A stretch of 64,000 nucleotides of DNA from Vulcanimicrobiota bacterium (GCA_050250895.1 JBFWNU010000004.1:398934-462933), one strand, 5' to 3'; shown: positions 19,789 through 30,333, numbered from the stretch's first letter. Numbers and translations: made by a program. Notes: generated by a model not told the origin, from the sequence alone.

Positions 19789-19882
19789 GCCCGGGTGCTT
19801 CCTAAACGGCCGGGTTGATTCCTCCCCGAACGCGCCAAAGCCCAGGAAGGAAACCCGTAGCACGAGATAGCAGAAAGCCAAC

Positions 19883-20758
19883 ATGCCGCCCCATCCCATA
19901 GAATTACTCGAACAAGTCGAGAGCTGGCAGTGGCCCCCCGCTACCGGGCAGGTGTTGCTGACCATCTTCAAGACCGATCCGAACCCCGACATGCGCTGCC
20001 GGGCGGCCATGATGCTGGGCGATCTGGCCGTGTTCAACGACCAGATCGGGGCCGCTCTGTTGGCATGCGTTCGCGACGCCGAGCTACCGGCGGAGGTGCG
20101 CGCCTCGGCCGCGGTGGCGCTGGGTCCCGCCCTCGAGCAGACCGAGCTGGTCGGTTTCGACGACCTCGAGTTCGACCCCCCACCGCTACCCGAAGAACTG
20201 TTCGAGCAGATTCAAGAGACCTTTCACGAACTCAGTCAAGAGCCCACCCAGTCTGCCCTGCTGCGCCGGCGGGCGCTGGAGGCCTCGGTGCGCGCCCCCG
20301 AAGCCTGGCATCGAGAGTCGGTCGAAAACGCCTGGAAGACCAACGATTGCGAGTGGCAAACCACGGCCGTCTTTTGCATGGGCTACCTGCCCGGCTTTGA
20401 AGACAAGATCCTTGAGGCCCTCAAAAGCCCTCATCAGATGGTGGTCAACGAAGCCGTCTATACGGCCGCCGAACGGGGCATGCCTCAGGTCTTCGAGCGA
20501 TTGGCCGCTATGGCCCGCGACGACAAGCTGGCTGACGAACAGCGCTTCATCGCCATCGGCGGCCTGGGAGCCATGGCCACCGACCAATCGGTGGCCGTCC
20601 TCACCGAACTGAGCACCTCTACCAACGAGGAAATCGCGCGCTCAGCCAAAGAGGCCTTGATGGACGCCCAGGTGGTCGGGCAGCTCGATGGCGAAGAGGA
20701 GTGGCCCGAAGAAGACGATTTTGACCCCGAGAAAGGGACTGCCGGGGCCGATAACTAA
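19883..20758 (+). CDS. HEAT repeat protein
   Basis: EVRASAAVALG-type helical repeats; acidic tail. Confidence 0.7.
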   Translation: MPPHPIELLEQVESWQWPPATGQVLLTIFKTDPNPDMRCRAAMMLGDLAVFNDQIGAALLACVRDAELPAEVRASAAVALGPALEQTELVGFDDLEFDPPPLPEELFEQIQETFHELSQEPTQSALLRRRALEASVRAPEAWHRESVENAWKTNDCEWQTTAVFCMGYLPGFEDKILEALKSPHQMVVNEAVYTAAERGMPQVFERLAAMARDDKLADEQRFIAIGGLGAMATDQSVAVLTELSTSTNEEIARSAKEALMDAQVVGQLDGEEEWPEEDDFDPEKGTAGADN

Positions 20759-20793
20759 AAACCGCTTTCCCACTCAAGATTCAGGAGGACCCG

Positions 20794-22059
20794 ATGAACC
20801 TGCAAGAGAGCGCCAAGCGAGTGATCCAAGACCTCAAAGAGCTGGCCGAGTTGACCTCGACCCCGGAGGGCGCTCAGCGGGTAGCCTGGGGCCCCATCTG
20901 GCGCAAGTCCCGCGACTGGTTCGAGGGCAAGGTCCAAGAGATCGGGCTAACCATGGAGCGCGACTCGGCCGGCAACGCCTGGGTCACCCTCCCCGGCGCC
21001 AGCGAAGAAGTGGTCATCATCGGCGGCCACCTCGACTCGGTGCCCAACGGCGGGTGGCTCGACGGAGTGCTGGGCACCCTCTCGGCTTTGGAAGCGCTGC
21101 GCCGGGCCAAAGCGGCCGGCACTCCGCCGGTGACCCTCAAAGCGGTGGATTGGGCCGACGAAGAAGGAGCGCGCTTCGGTCGCAGCTTGCTGGGCTCGGC
21201 GGCCGCCGGCGGCAGCCTCGAGATCGAAGAGGTCCGCGAGCTGCTCGACAAGGACGGCATCCGCTTAGAAGACGCCTTGCGCGAGAACGGGGTCAACCTC
21301 GACACCATGCTCAAGGCCCACGACGAGCTCAAGACCATCCCCTCCAAGGCTTACCTCGAGTTGCACATCGAGCAAGGTCCGGTGCTCGAGGCCCAAAATT
21401 TACCCACGGGCGTGGTCATGGGCACCTTTGGCGTCGAACGCCACCGCATGCGTTTCGTGGGTCAGGCGGCCCACTCGGGCTCCACCCCTATCCCCCACCG
21501 ACGCGACGCTTTTCTGGCGGCCGCCCAGACGGCCCTCGAGTGCCGCCAGATCGGGCTGCGCCATTCGACCCCCGAAAGCAACGTGGTGTGTACCGTGGGC
21601 ATGGTCGAGGTCGAACCGTGTATCGTGACGGCCGTGCCCGGTGTGTGCACCATCTCGCTGGATCAACGGGCTTTGCACGCCGAGGTGCTGGCGAAGATGA
21701 ACCAGGAGGCCCGCGAGGCCTCTGAGCGCTTTGCCAAGGAAAACAACGTTACCGTCGAGTGGAGCAAACTGTGGCAGATCGAGCCTCGCCCCTTCGACCC
21801 CGACTTGATTCGCCTTTGCGAAGAAGCTGTCAAAGAAGTGACCGGCCACGCTCCCAGGTTGCCCTCGGGCCCGCTTCACGACGCCGCCGAGATGGTGCCC
21901 CATATGCCGACGGTGATGATGTTTGCTTACTCCTCGAACGGTCTTTCCCACTGCAAAGAAGAAGACACTCCCATCGAGCACCTGGACAAGACCATTCAGT
22001 CCTTCCTGCTGTTGGCCGAAAAGACGGTCAACCACCTGGCCGCCACGGCCACCCGCTAA
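20794..22059 (+). CDS. M20 family Zn-dependent amidohydrolase (N-carbamoyl-L-amino acid/allantoate hydrolase-like)
   Basis: GGHLDSVPNGG.LDG, DEEGARF, ELHIEQGP, HDA, SHCKEE. Confidence 0.92.
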   Translation: MNLQESAKRVIQDLKELAELTSTPEGAQRVAWGPIWRKSRDWFEGKVQEIGLTMERDSAGNAWVTLPGASEEVVIIGGHLDSVPNGGWLDGVLGTLSALEALRRAKAAGTPPVTLKAVDWADEEGARFGRSLLGSAAAGGSLEIEEVRELLDKDGIRLEDALRENGVNLDTMLKAHDELKTIPSKAYLELHIEQGPVLEAQNLPTGVVMGTFGVERHRMRFVGQAAHSGSTPIPHRRDAFLAAAQTALECRQIGLRHSTPESNVVCTVGMVEVEPCIVTAVPGVCTISLDQRALHAEVLAKMNQEAREASERFAKENNVTVEWSKLWQIEPRPFDPDLIRLCEEAVKEVTGHAPRLPSGPLHDAAEMVPHMPTVMMFAYSSNGLSHCKEEDTPIEHLDKTIQSFLLLAEKTVNHLAATATR

Positions 22060-22060
22060 C

Positions 22061-22951
22061 ATGCGCCGCCGGTTGATCCTCGCTACGCTGCTGGTGTTGG
22101 CGACCGCGGCGGGCTGGGCCAAAGAGACCCGTGAGGCCTTCTCGGTGGAGGTGCCCAAAGGCTGGGCCACCAACGGCGCGTTGTCTCGTTCTTCCAGCCA
22201 TGTGTATCTGGTGCGCGAAGGCAAACCGTGGAAGTTCTCGATGTCGCGCCAGCCCAGCAACATTCCCTCGCAGGCTGCGGCCCGCAAAGCTCGCACCTCG
22301 CCACCCCAGCAGAAGGTCCTTTCGATCTCCAAGCTCAAGGTGGACAAGCGTGAGGGCTTTGTGGTCGACTGGACCTCGTACGGCGGCAAACGCCTGCAAG
22401 AAGCGTTCATTCCTGATAAAGGCGAAGGCTACTTCTTGATCACCTTCGAGTGCCCGGCGGCCGACTACGGCCGCAGCCTCAACGACTGGAAGCGGTTGCT
22501 CAAGGGGATCGATCTCAGGCTTTCTAACGACGCGGCCGCCAGCCCCTCGGGGGGGGTGGTAGCCAAAGAGACTTTTACGGTTGAACTGCCTGAGGGCTGG
22601 GCCGAGGCCAGGACCACCCAGCGCGACAAGAGACGGGCAATGCTCGAGTTCTCGGCCCCCGGAGCGCGGGCCCAGGTCGACATCTCTGACGACAAAATGG
22701 CCCCGGCCACGCTCGAGCAGCTGATGCCACGCTCCAAAGAAGCCAGGCTGGCCGACAGCGGCAAAGCGAACATCTCGCGACGCCACGGCATCTTCGTAGC
22801 CGAGGTCTTTCAGAGCGAGCGTATCGAGCTCTATCACCTCGACAATGGCCGCGGGGGGCGCTATCTCATCCATTTCTCCTGCCTCGAGGCCGACTATCAC
22901 AAGATCAAACCCAGCTGGAAAAAGCTCTTGGGTCGCCTGAAGTTGCAATGA
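22061..22951 (+). CDS. Secreted protein with two PsbP-like domains
   Basis: Sec signal MRRRLILATLLVLATAAGWA; internal duplication (FSVEVPKGW / FTVELPEGW). Confidence 0.65.
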   Translation: MRRRLILATLLVLATAAGWAKETREAFSVEVPKGWATNGALSRSSSHVYLVREGKPWKFSMSRQPSNIPSQAAARKARTSPPQQKVLSISKLKVDKREGFVVDWTSYGGKRLQEAFIPDKGEGYFLITFECPAADYGRSLNDWKRLLKGIDLRLSNDAAASPSGGVVAKETFTVELPEGWAEARTTQRDKRRAMLEFSAPGARAQVDISDDKMAPATLEQLMPRSKEARLADSGKANISRRHGIFVAEVFQSERIELYHLDNGRGGRYLIHFSCLEADYHKIKPSWKKLLGRLKLQ

Positions 22952-22962
22952 TGACCCCGGTT

Positions 22963-22991
22963 GCAACCGGTTAGCAACAGCCGGCCGTTAA
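22963..22991 (+). promoter_or_regulatory. Putative ECF-sigma-like promoter GCAACC-N16-CCGTTAA
   Basis: Same motif, same spacing and same 9-nt distance to ATG as at 49631-49659 (minus strand). Confidence 0.5.
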
Positions 22992-23000
22992 GGTTCGGCT

Positions 23001-24530
23001 ATGCTCTCTGCGGCTAACCATACGCGTTACGGAGGCTGCCTGGCAGCTTATCTGCACAAGCCTGACGGCAGCGAGTTTCAGCTCGCTCTGGCCGAGCCGG
23101 GCTTGCTCTTGCAGGACGAACGAGAAGCTTTAGCCGTGACCCGCGATCTCGACGGGCAGCCCCGATTGGTGGGGCTGGAGGGCGACCAGGTTCTTTTCTC
23201 GGCCCCGTTGGCGGGTGAAGTGCTCGAGTTGACCCGAGGCGCCTCGGTGCTGGTCTCGACCGAAGACCAGATCCAGAGCTTTGACCCCGCCACCGGCCAG
23301 CCACTGGGAGCCTTTGCTACTCGCGCCCGAGTAGAGCAACTAGGCCAGGGTCTGGCGGTGGTCGAAGACAATACCGTCAAGCTGCTCGATGCTCGCATGG
23401 GGCTGGCTCACCAGGTCGAACTCGACTTTCGCCCCCGCAAGCTGATGCCGCTCGGCCCAGCCTTGCTCTTGATGGGTCGGGATGAAGCCGACCACCTCTG
23501 CCTGGAGGTGATCGACGCCACCGGCCAGAGCTTGCACGCCGACCGCGATTTCGAAGAGTTCTCGCTCTCGCTCCATCCCGACGGCCGCCTGCTCTATGTC
23601 AACGAGAACCAGCGCCTGATGCAGTTCAAGGTGGGCGAGCCGACGGCCGAGACCCTGCGCTGGGTGGGCCGGGGGGCTAAGCCCGTGCCGCTCGAGTCGG
23701 GCTTTCTGCTCGAAGACGATGGCAAGGTCGAGGCCTACACCGAGGACAACCGTTATGTGACCAGCTTTCGCTTCGGCTATCGCGAGGTGCTCGACCGGCT
23801 GACCGCCACCCCCAACGGGGCCTACGCCATTACCCGCAAGTATCTCGACGACGGCGGCTATCTGCGTCGCCTCTATCGTCTGGACCAGCGCCAGGGAGCC
23901 CAGGAGCTTTACCGCGTCGAGGGCCACAACACCCTCTTCGAAGCCAGCTTCGAGCCCGACGGCGGCTTTCTCATCAAGCACGACGATCGGGTCGAACGCC
24001 ACGGTGCCGATGGCAGCCTGGTCGAGACCCTGCCCCCTCAAGACGAGCCGCAGCCGGCCAACCTCTATCGAACCACGGTCAAAGCCGAGCCACTCGAGGC
24101 CCAGCCGACCGCCTGTCCCGTCCCGGTGCCCCAGTTTCACTCCGACGGCCACAAGCTCGACTACAACCCGCTATTTGACCGCCCCCGCACCCTGATCACC
24201 GCCGACGACGACGAGACCATCACCTCGCTGCTGCCCTGCTACTCGGGCCACAAAGGCTATGTGCTAGCCGGAACCGACGACGGCACCGTGTATTTTGCTC
24301 CGATCGAGGGGGGCCGGCCTCAGGCCTTCGAGCTGGGCAGCCCGGTCACCACCATCTGCCAGCTAGACGATCGCGTGGTGATTGCCAGTCAGGCCGGTGC
24401 TTCCCTCGAACTACGCGCCGACCGGGGCTTCTCGCCGTGGGAAATGCCCGCAGCGACGGTCACCCCCATGGACACGGAAGATGACGCTCTGGTCATCGGC
24501 GACGTGCGCTTACCGATCGAGCAAAGCTGA
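23001..24530 (+). CDS. Beta-propeller-like hypothetical protein
   Basis: Beta-rich repeats (FDPATG, LHPDGR, AGTDDGTV); C-terminal LVIGDVRLPIEQS motif. Confidence 0.65.
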   Translation: MLSAANHTRYGGCLAAYLHKPDGSEFQLALAEPGLLLQDEREALAVTRDLDGQPRLVGLEGDQVLFSAPLAGEVLELTRGASVLVSTEDQIQSFDPATGQPLGAFATRARVEQLGQGLAVVEDNTVKLLDARMGLAHQVELDFRPRKLMPLGPALLLMGRDEADHLCLEVIDATGQSLHADRDFEEFSLSLHPDGRLLYVNENQRLMQFKVGEPTAETLRWVGRGAKPVPLESGFLLEDDGKVEAYTEDNRYVTSFRFGYREVLDRLTATPNGAYAITRKYLDDGGYLRRLYRLDQRQGAQELYRVEGHNTLFEASFEPDGGFLIKHDDRVERHGADGSLVETLPPQDEPQPANLYRTTVKAEPLEAQPTACPVPVPQFHSDGHKLDYNPLFDRPRTLITADDDETITSLLPCYSGHKGYVLAGTDDGTVYFAPIEGGRPQAFELGSPVTTICQLDDRVVIASQAGASLELRADRGFSPWEMPAATVTPMDTEDDALVIGDVRLPIEQS

Positions 24531-26405
24531 GGCAAAGTCGGCCACCGAGGCGAACCGGTCCTTAGGATCCTTCTCGAGCGCTCGCAGGAGGGCCAGGGCC
24601 TGACGATCACTCAGGTCACGCGTAAACTCGCGGGGGTCAGGGGGAGCCTCGGTGAAATGAGCCATGATGACCGCCATCGGCTCCGCCTTGTCGAAAGGCA
24701 AGCGACCGGTTAGCAACCGATAGGCCAACAGGCCGGCCTGGTATTGGTCGACGGAAGGCTGGCGCCGGCCGCTGGTGAGGAGTTCGGGGGCCAGGTAATT
24801 GGCCCGAAACGAGCCTTGCCCGGTGTGCCATACCCGATCGAGCAAAGGCTCGAGCGGAAAACCTATGGTCAACCGGTCCTCATCGTCCAGAAAGAGAGCG
24901 CTGGGCGACAAAGCACAGTGCATGACTCCGTGCTGATGCAGGTGGGTCATCCCCTCGGCCAATTGCTGAATGAACCTTAGAGCCTGCTCGTGTCCGACTG
25001 GTCTGGCCAGCCTGGGTTTCAGAGGCACCACCGGCCAGGTGGCCATGTAAAAGTCTCCGTCCACCCTTCCCATCCTGACCTTACCCAACCGCGGATGGGC
25101 GACCCGAGACCATACCTGCACCTCGCGCTCGAAACGCTTCTGAAGGTCCTCATCGACAGGCACCAGCTGAACCCGGAAAGATTGCTGCTGCCCGATGTCG
25201 ACTGCCAGGAAACATTTGTGTTCAATTGGCTCGACCAGGAGTAAGTCATCCAGGGTCATCCCTATCATCGGGTGCGCACCTCGACCGAACTGGTTAAACA
25301 GGAACTCTCGCACCCGAGGAGGTGCATGAGCAAAGGCCTGCAGTTTAAGCCGTTGACACCGCTGGCGCAGGTTGGCTTTAGACAACTCGTAGGCCTCGTC
25401 CTCGACCACCTCCAGGCCCGACAGGTCGGTTTTCAAGCCGTCAGCCACCAGCCAGGTCTCGCACAAGGCGTCGCGGAGGTAGTGGGGGTGGGTCAAGACG
25501 CCATCGACCACGAAATAGAAGATTCCGTCAGGCTTGGGGCTCACCCTCAGGCGCATCACCGACCGCAATCGTTGCGAATCCTCACCCACCTGACGATAGA
25601 CGCGACACCACGCCGACCGGCGGAAGAGCCCCCAGCGGCTGACCCAGAGCCCGGGCTGGATCGGCTTCAATCGACTCAGGTCGGCCCGGGGCCAGCCCAA
25701 AGCAGACTGTTCGGCGCTGACGCGCTCCTCGGCCAGGCAATCCACACCGGCCGCGGGCGGCTGGAGCAACTCTCCGTTGAGAAACAGCGCCAGCGGCGCG
25801 CAACAGCAACGCTCTTTGATGGTATCTCGCTCACTGACGAAGGCCCGGGCGTCGTCGGCGGTAACCATCATCCTTACCGCCCGGCGCACCAACATGAAGC
25901 GACACCTTCGCACCCTGCCCTGACCCGCATAGGCAGTGGGTGGGCTCAGCCTGATCGTCTGGCCCTCGATCATCAACACCTGGCCACGATTTGGCCCAAT
26001 CACACTCCACAAAAAGCTCGCGTGAGCCACCCCGAGCGCCGAACTCAGACCCAGCACCAGGTGTCGTATTGGGCCATGAGGGGCCGATTCGGGTTGTTGC
26101 AGCAGGTTAGCCGCCGCACCCACGTCATCGAACAAGTCGTGATCGAGTTCGAACGAGAGGTCGACCAGATCAGCCCGAACCGTTACCTCGAGCCGGCTCG
26201 ACCGAGCCGCCACCGCCGCCTGCACGAACTTGAGCAGATAGAAGCTGGGTCGAGCCAGGCGAAAGCGTTGCAACTTCTCGAAAGCTTTGGCCAGGTCCAG
26301 CGTAAAAACGCCCTGAGAATCGACCGTTCCCTGGTCGGTCAGCTCTTTTAGATAGTCATCAAGCGGCGAAGACAATGGCTCCGGCTTCCCGCGCGCGGCA
26401 GCCAA
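24510..26405 (-). CDS. GHKL-like N-terminal domain fused to a degenerate Ser/Thr kinase domain
   Basis: N-terminal GTVDSQGVFTLDL; C-terminal FERE..HPRL, YLAPE, LLTGRLPF, RALEKDPKDRF; HRD and DFG degenerate; start uncertain. Confidence 0.75.
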   Translation of the reverse strand: MAAARGKPEPLSSPLDDYLKELTDQGTVDSQGVFTLDLAKAFEKLQRFRLARPSFYLLKFVQAAVAARSSRLEVTVRADLVDLSFELDHDLFDDVGAAANLLQQPESAPHGPIRHLVLGLSSALGVAHASFLWSVIGPNRGQVLMIEGQTIRLSPPTAYAGQGRVRRCRFMLVRRAVRMMVTADDARAFVSERDTIKERCCCAPLALFLNGELLQPPAAGVDCLAEERVSAEQSALGWPRADLSRLKPIQPGLWVSRWGLFRRSAWCRVYRQVGEDSQRLRSVMRLRVSPKPDGIFYFVVDGVLTHPHYLRDALCETWLVADGLKTDLSGLEVVEDEAYELSKANLRQRCQRLKLQAFAHAPPRVREFLFNQFGRGAHPMIGMTLDDLLLVEPIEHKCFLAVDIGQQQSFRVQLVPVDEDLQKRFEREVQVWSRVAHPRLGKVRMGRVDGDFYMATWPVVPLKPRLARPVGHEQALRFIQQLAEGMTHLHQHGVMHCALSPSALFLDDEDRLTIGFPLEPLLDRVWHTGQGSFRANYLAPELLTSGRRQPSVDQYQAGLLAYRLLTGRLPFDKAEPMAVIMAHFTEAPPDPREFTRDLSDRQALALLRALEKDPKDRFASVADFASALLDR

Positions 26406-26528
26406 CTCCTGCGGCTGCGCAACCCGGTAAGAAAACCGTGCAACCGGTAAGCAACTGGCCCGGCATACAACCTTGCCAGAACGAAACGCGGCCTAGACGG
26501 CCTCGGAAAAGAAAAGGACGACAAGGCA

Positions 26529-26858
26529 ATGAAAACGATCGACAAAAACCCCATGGAAATCACGATGGACCTCTGGCTGAAGAACCTCAGCACCCTCTGC
26601 TGGGCCCAGGACCAGGGCGAAAAGATCCTCCGCTCCTACATGGACCAGGGCACCCTGGCCCGCGAAGAAGGCCTCAAAGTGGCCGAGCGCTTCGCTGAGC
26701 AGGTCAAAGCCAACCAGGCCGAGATGCAGAACATGGTCGACCGCTCGGTGAAAATGGCGATGGAAACCTTCCAGAAGACCCAGAAGGCTCAGATGGACGC
26801 TTTCAAAGCTCGCATCGACGAGATGAACAAGACCATCGAAAACATCAACAAGAATTAG
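26529..26858 (+). CDS. Phasin-like coiled-coil protein
   Basis: 109-aa helical K/E/Q/M-rich protein; QDQGEKIL...AREEG pattern of PHA-granule proteins. Confidence 0.55.
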   Translation: MKTIDKNPMEITMDLWLKNLSTLCWAQDQGEKILRSYMDQGTLAREEGLKVAERFAEQVKANQAEMQNMVDRSVKMAMETFQKTQKAQMDAFKARIDEMNKTIENINKN

Positions 26859-26889
26859 GCTTAATCCAGCCCACAAGGACCTCTGTAGC

Positions 26890-26918
26890 GGGGCGGCGTG
26901 AAAACGCCGCCCCTTTTT
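26890..26918 (+). terminator. Rho-independent terminator
   Basis: GGGGCGGCGT-GAAA-ACGCCGCCCC-TTTTT. Confidence 0.9.
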
Positions 26919-26937
26919 GCGTAGCAGGCCGCCCGCC

Positions 26938-28737
26938 ATGGCGGCGAGAAATTCGGGCTACGTGAGCGCTCTTTTGTCTCGACTCCACCGCCGGCTCGGC
27001 CATCTTTACCACGAACGAGAACGCCTTTACTGGCGGGCCCGAATGGGGCTCGATGAAAAGAACGGCTGGGCCAGGGCCCAGGTTGCCCTGCAACGGTTCA
27101 TCAGTTCGCCCAGCCTGTATCGACGTCTGCAGCAACTCGAAGCCAGACGCTCCCAGCCGGAATGGCAAAGCTGGTTGCGCTTGTTCGCCCGCCACCAGTT
27201 GAACTCACCCGAAGCCGCTCGCCTTCGCGACGAGATTATCGAGCAAGAAGCCGAGATCGGGCAGGCACGGCAGGGCCTTCAGTTCTCGGTCTACGACATC
27301 GAGAAGGGCGACTACCGCCCCGTCACACGCAGCGAGTTGGGGACCCTGCTGACCACCCACCCGGATAGCCAGCAGCGACAGCGCGCCTACCAGGCCCTGG
27401 TTCAACTCGAACAGCGCATGCTCGAGTTGGGGCTGCTTGAACTCATCAAAAAGCGCAATCGCCTGGCCCGGTTGGAAGGGCACTCAGACTTCTATGCCTG
27501 GACCGTGGCCAGGGCCGAGAACTGGACGATGGAAAGGACTTTCGCTCCTCTCGAGGCTCTGGCCGAGTGCATCGCTCCGGCCGTCGATGTCCACCTGAAG
27601 GGCCTCGAGGCCGAGCACGGCCCCGGCAGCCGAGACCCCTGGAACTGTATCTACTTGCGCCGCTGTCAAGAACGCCACGAACTCGATCCCTACTTTCCTA
27701 TTCAACCCGCCCTGCGCCGTTGGCTCACCTGCTTCGCAGGGCTGGGCATCGACTTCCACCAGGCCAACCTCACGCTGGACTTGATGGAGCGAGCAGGCAA
27801 GTACGAAGGCGGCTTCTTCCACGCCCCCGCTCTGGCCACGGCCTCGAGTCCGGCCGACATCCACTTCGCCTGCGCGGGGTCCTTCGAGTTGGGGGGCGGC
27901 TTGCCCGCCCATGAAGTCCTGTTTCACGAGGGTGGCCACGCCGCCCATGTGGCCCACAAGGAAGTGTCCACGCCCTATTTCTTCCACGAGTTCCCTACCA
28001 GCGTGGTCCACACTGAAGCTCAGGCGACTTTTACCGAATCGCTATTGTGGGATGCGGCCTGGCGTCATCGCTTCGCTGGAGTCCCCCTGGATCTGCTCGA
28101 GGGGATTACCTTTCGCGAGCAGGCCTGGCGAGCCTGGGACGTGAGTGCGTCGCTGACCGTGCCCTTCGGCGAACGATTACTCTACCAAACCCCGGAAGAC
28201 CAGCTCGTGCCCGAGCAACTGCTGCCGCGACTACGTCAGGTCGAGCGTCGCCACCAGGGCCTGTCGGCCGGCACCCAACCGCTGCTGACGGTGATCCATC
28301 TCATCGATACCGAATCGAGTGCCTATTGCCACGCCTACCCGCTCGCCGAGATGGCGGCTTTTCAGGTGCGCGCGTTCTTCTTCGAACGCGACGGTCAACT
28401 GCTCGACAACCAGGGGGTCGGCCCCGAGTTAAGGCGTCACTTCTGGGAGCCGAACAAGCCTTTTGAAGAAATGCTGACAGGCCTCACCGGGCGCGGACTC
28501 GATTGCGCCGCTCTAGCTCACGAGTGCACCACTGACCCGCTACAGACGTGGCGCCAGGCCCAAGCTCAGTTGCGTCACCTGAGAGACCAGCCCTTGGCAA
28601 GCCTGGAAGCAGGCCTCCAGGCTCGCTACCGTCTGGTGGACGGTTCCCAACTGTTCTACGAAGGCGATGAAGCCGAGCAACTGTGCAGTATCTTCGAGAG
28701 GTGGACGGCCCGGCCCACCAGAAGCCAGCGCCTATGA
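26938..28737 (+). CDS. M3-type (gluzincin) oligopeptidase
   Basis: KRNRLARLEGHSDFY, DL.ERAGKY, LFHEGGHAAH, downstream E ligand (TEAQA), AYCHAY; start uncertain. Confidence 0.8.
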   Translation: MAARNSGYVSALLSRLHRRLGHLYHERERLYWRARMGLDEKNGWARAQVALQRFISSPSLYRRLQQLEARRSQPEWQSWLRLFARHQLNSPEAARLRDEIIEQEAEIGQARQGLQFSVYDIEKGDYRPVTRSELGTLLTTHPDSQQRQRAYQALVQLEQRMLELGLLELIKKRNRLARLEGHSDFYAWTVARAENWTMERTFAPLEALAECIAPAVDVHLKGLEAEHGPGSRDPWNCIYLRRCQERHELDPYFPIQPALRRWLTCFAGLGIDFHQANLTLDLMERAGKYEGGFFHAPALATASSPADIHFACAGSFELGGGLPAHEVLFHEGGHAAHVAHKEVSTPYFFHEFPTSVVHTEAQATFTESLLWDAAWRHRFAGVPLDLLEGITFREQAWRAWDVSASLTVPFGERLLYQTPEDQLVPEQLLPRLRQVERRHQGLSAGTQPLLTVIHLIDTESSAYCHAYPLAEMAAFQVRAFFFERDGQLLDNQGVGPELRRHFWEPNKPFEEMLTGLTGRGLDCAALAHECTTDPLQTWRQAQAQLRHLRDQPLASLEAGLQARYRLVDGSQLFYEGDEAEQLCSIFERWTARPTRSQRL

Positions 28738-29108
28738 GCGAAATCGAGCGACTGGCCCGATCCCACCCGCTGGTAGCCTGCCAGCAACCGTCCTTCGACG
28801 GCCTTTACTCGCGCTACCAGCGCCTGCGATGGCAGTTCATGAACAACGAACTGCGCCAGGTCCTGATGGCCAGTTGGCAGGCCGGTCCGGGCAGCGAACT
28901 GTGGTTCTTTGCCAGTGGAGACTACCGCCTCCCCGGTCCGGCCCCAACGGCGGCGCGGCTGCTGCCTCTTGAAGCGAGCGAGGGAGCAACCTGGCAAGAT
29001 ACTGATCGCTTCGCGCGCGAACCCGGAGCGACCGTCGCTTTGCAACCCGGCCGCTGGTTCTGGCTAGGACCGATGGCCCACGACTGCTGGTGGTGCCTGG
29101 CCCGATGA
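28734..29108 (+). CDS. Hypothetical protein in peptidase/oxygenase operon
   Basis: ATGA overlaps with both neighbours; possible degenerate beta-barrel. Confidence 0.6.
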   Translation: MSEIERLARSHPLVACQQPSFDGLYSRYQRLRWQFMNNELRQVLMASWQAGPGSELWFFASGDYRLPGPAPTAARLLPLEASEGATWQDTDRFAREPGATVALQPGRWFWLGPMAHDCWWCLAR

Positions 29109-29788
29109 AAGTGGTTGAGCAACAGCCGAACTTTCTGGTGGTCGACGACTTTTTACCCTCGTCCCAGTTTGATCGTCTGGCCGCCTATGTCGACACCGAA
29201 GACTACTCCTTCGTTCAGGTCGACGAGTGGCAGCGGGTGTGGCGGCTGCACGATGGCAGGCCCCTGGAGGGACCTCTCTTTCTCTCGCGCGCCCCCGACG
29301 GGTCGCGCTATCCCGCCTACCCTACCGGCAAGCCGATCGATATCCTATTCGAAGCCCTGACCGACCATGTCGATCTCTTTCGACAGCAGGTGGGTGAAGA
29401 TTGGGACCTGTTCACGGCCCGCCCCTTTCTCTATCCAGCCGAGACGGGTCTGTCGTGGCACGTCGACCAGGACAACAGCCAGACCATGTTGCGGACCGGC
29501 GCCTACACTTACTACACGCATCGCTCCTGGAACGTGCTGTGGGGAGGCGAACTGATGATCTCGCGGGAGCGCGAGGCTCAGGACTGCGGCATCCTCGACA
29601 ATCAGGCTGAAAACGCAAGCCTGATGCAAGATGGCTTTGGCCACTACGTGCTGGCCCGGCCGAATCGCCTGGTAGTGCTCGCCGGGTGGGCGCCCCATCG
29701 AATCGCCCGGGTCGACCGTTGCGCCGGCCACCACGTTCGCAGTTCGATCAGCGGATTCTTCTTGAAGATCCCCGAGGAGTCAGCTTGA
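29105..29788 (+). CDS. 2OG-Fe(II) oxygenase (prolyl-hydroxylase-like)
   Basis: LSWHVD (HxD), WGGEL, PNRLVV...PH, RSSISGFF. Confidence 0.85.
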   Translation: MKVVEQQPNFLVVDDFLPSSQFDRLAAYVDTEDYSFVQVDEWQRVWRLHDGRPLEGPLFLSRAPDGSRYPAYPTGKPIDILFEALTDHVDLFRQQVGEDWDLFTARPFLYPAETGLSWHVDQDNSQTMLRTGAYTYYTHRSWNVLWGGELMISREREAQDCGILDNQAENASLMQDGFGHYVLARPNRLVVLAGWAPHRIARVDRCAGHHVRSSISGFFLKIPEESA

Positions 29789-30333
29789 GCCTCAGGCCTA
29801 TTCACGTGATTGCCGATGTCATTGCCAACCACGCCGAACTGGTGGCCCTGGCCGAGCAGCACAAAGACCTTTTCCTGAGCTACCCACGCCCGGAGGCAGC
29901 CGCAGCCCGGCCCGCCGACTGGACGTTCGATCCTTATCGAGATACCGAATATGAAGACGAAGACCGCTACGCCGTCCTGCAACAAAATCAGATGCCGCCC
30001 GAGCTGGTGCGGGCGGTGGTGGCCGGTGCCTTCGGCCGGTACGAGCATTTTCGACCTGGTAGTTATTACTTCCAGATCAACCGCTACGACCGAGGCGGCT
30101 ACGTCCTGCCCCACCGCGACGAGCTGCAGCAAGGACTCTACGTTCTGACCAGCTCGGCCCAGGACGGATTGACCGTTCAGGACGAACAGGGCGGTTTTCG
30201 CCGGATCTACGATCAAGCCGGGACCTTTATCTTGAACGATGCCAACGCGTGGCACTGGGTCGATCCGGTGGTGCAGGCGCCTCGCTATACGCTTTTGACC
30301 ATCCCGCCCGTGTGGGACTTTGATGACTTATAA
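29785..30333 (+). CDS. 2OG-Fe(II) oxygenase
   Basis: INRY..GGYVLPHRD, WHWVDPV, PRYTL; TTG start with GAGGAG RBS overlapping the upstream stop. Confidence 0.8.
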   Translation: MSLRPIHVIADVIANHAELVALAEQHKDLFLSYPRPEAAAARPADWTFDPYRDTEYEDEDRYAVLQQNQMPPELVRAVVAGAFGRYEHFRPGSYYFQINRYDRGGYVLPHRDELQQGLYVLTSSAQDGLTVQDEQGGFRRIYDQAGTFILNDANAWHWVDPVVQAPRYTLLTIPPVWDFDDL

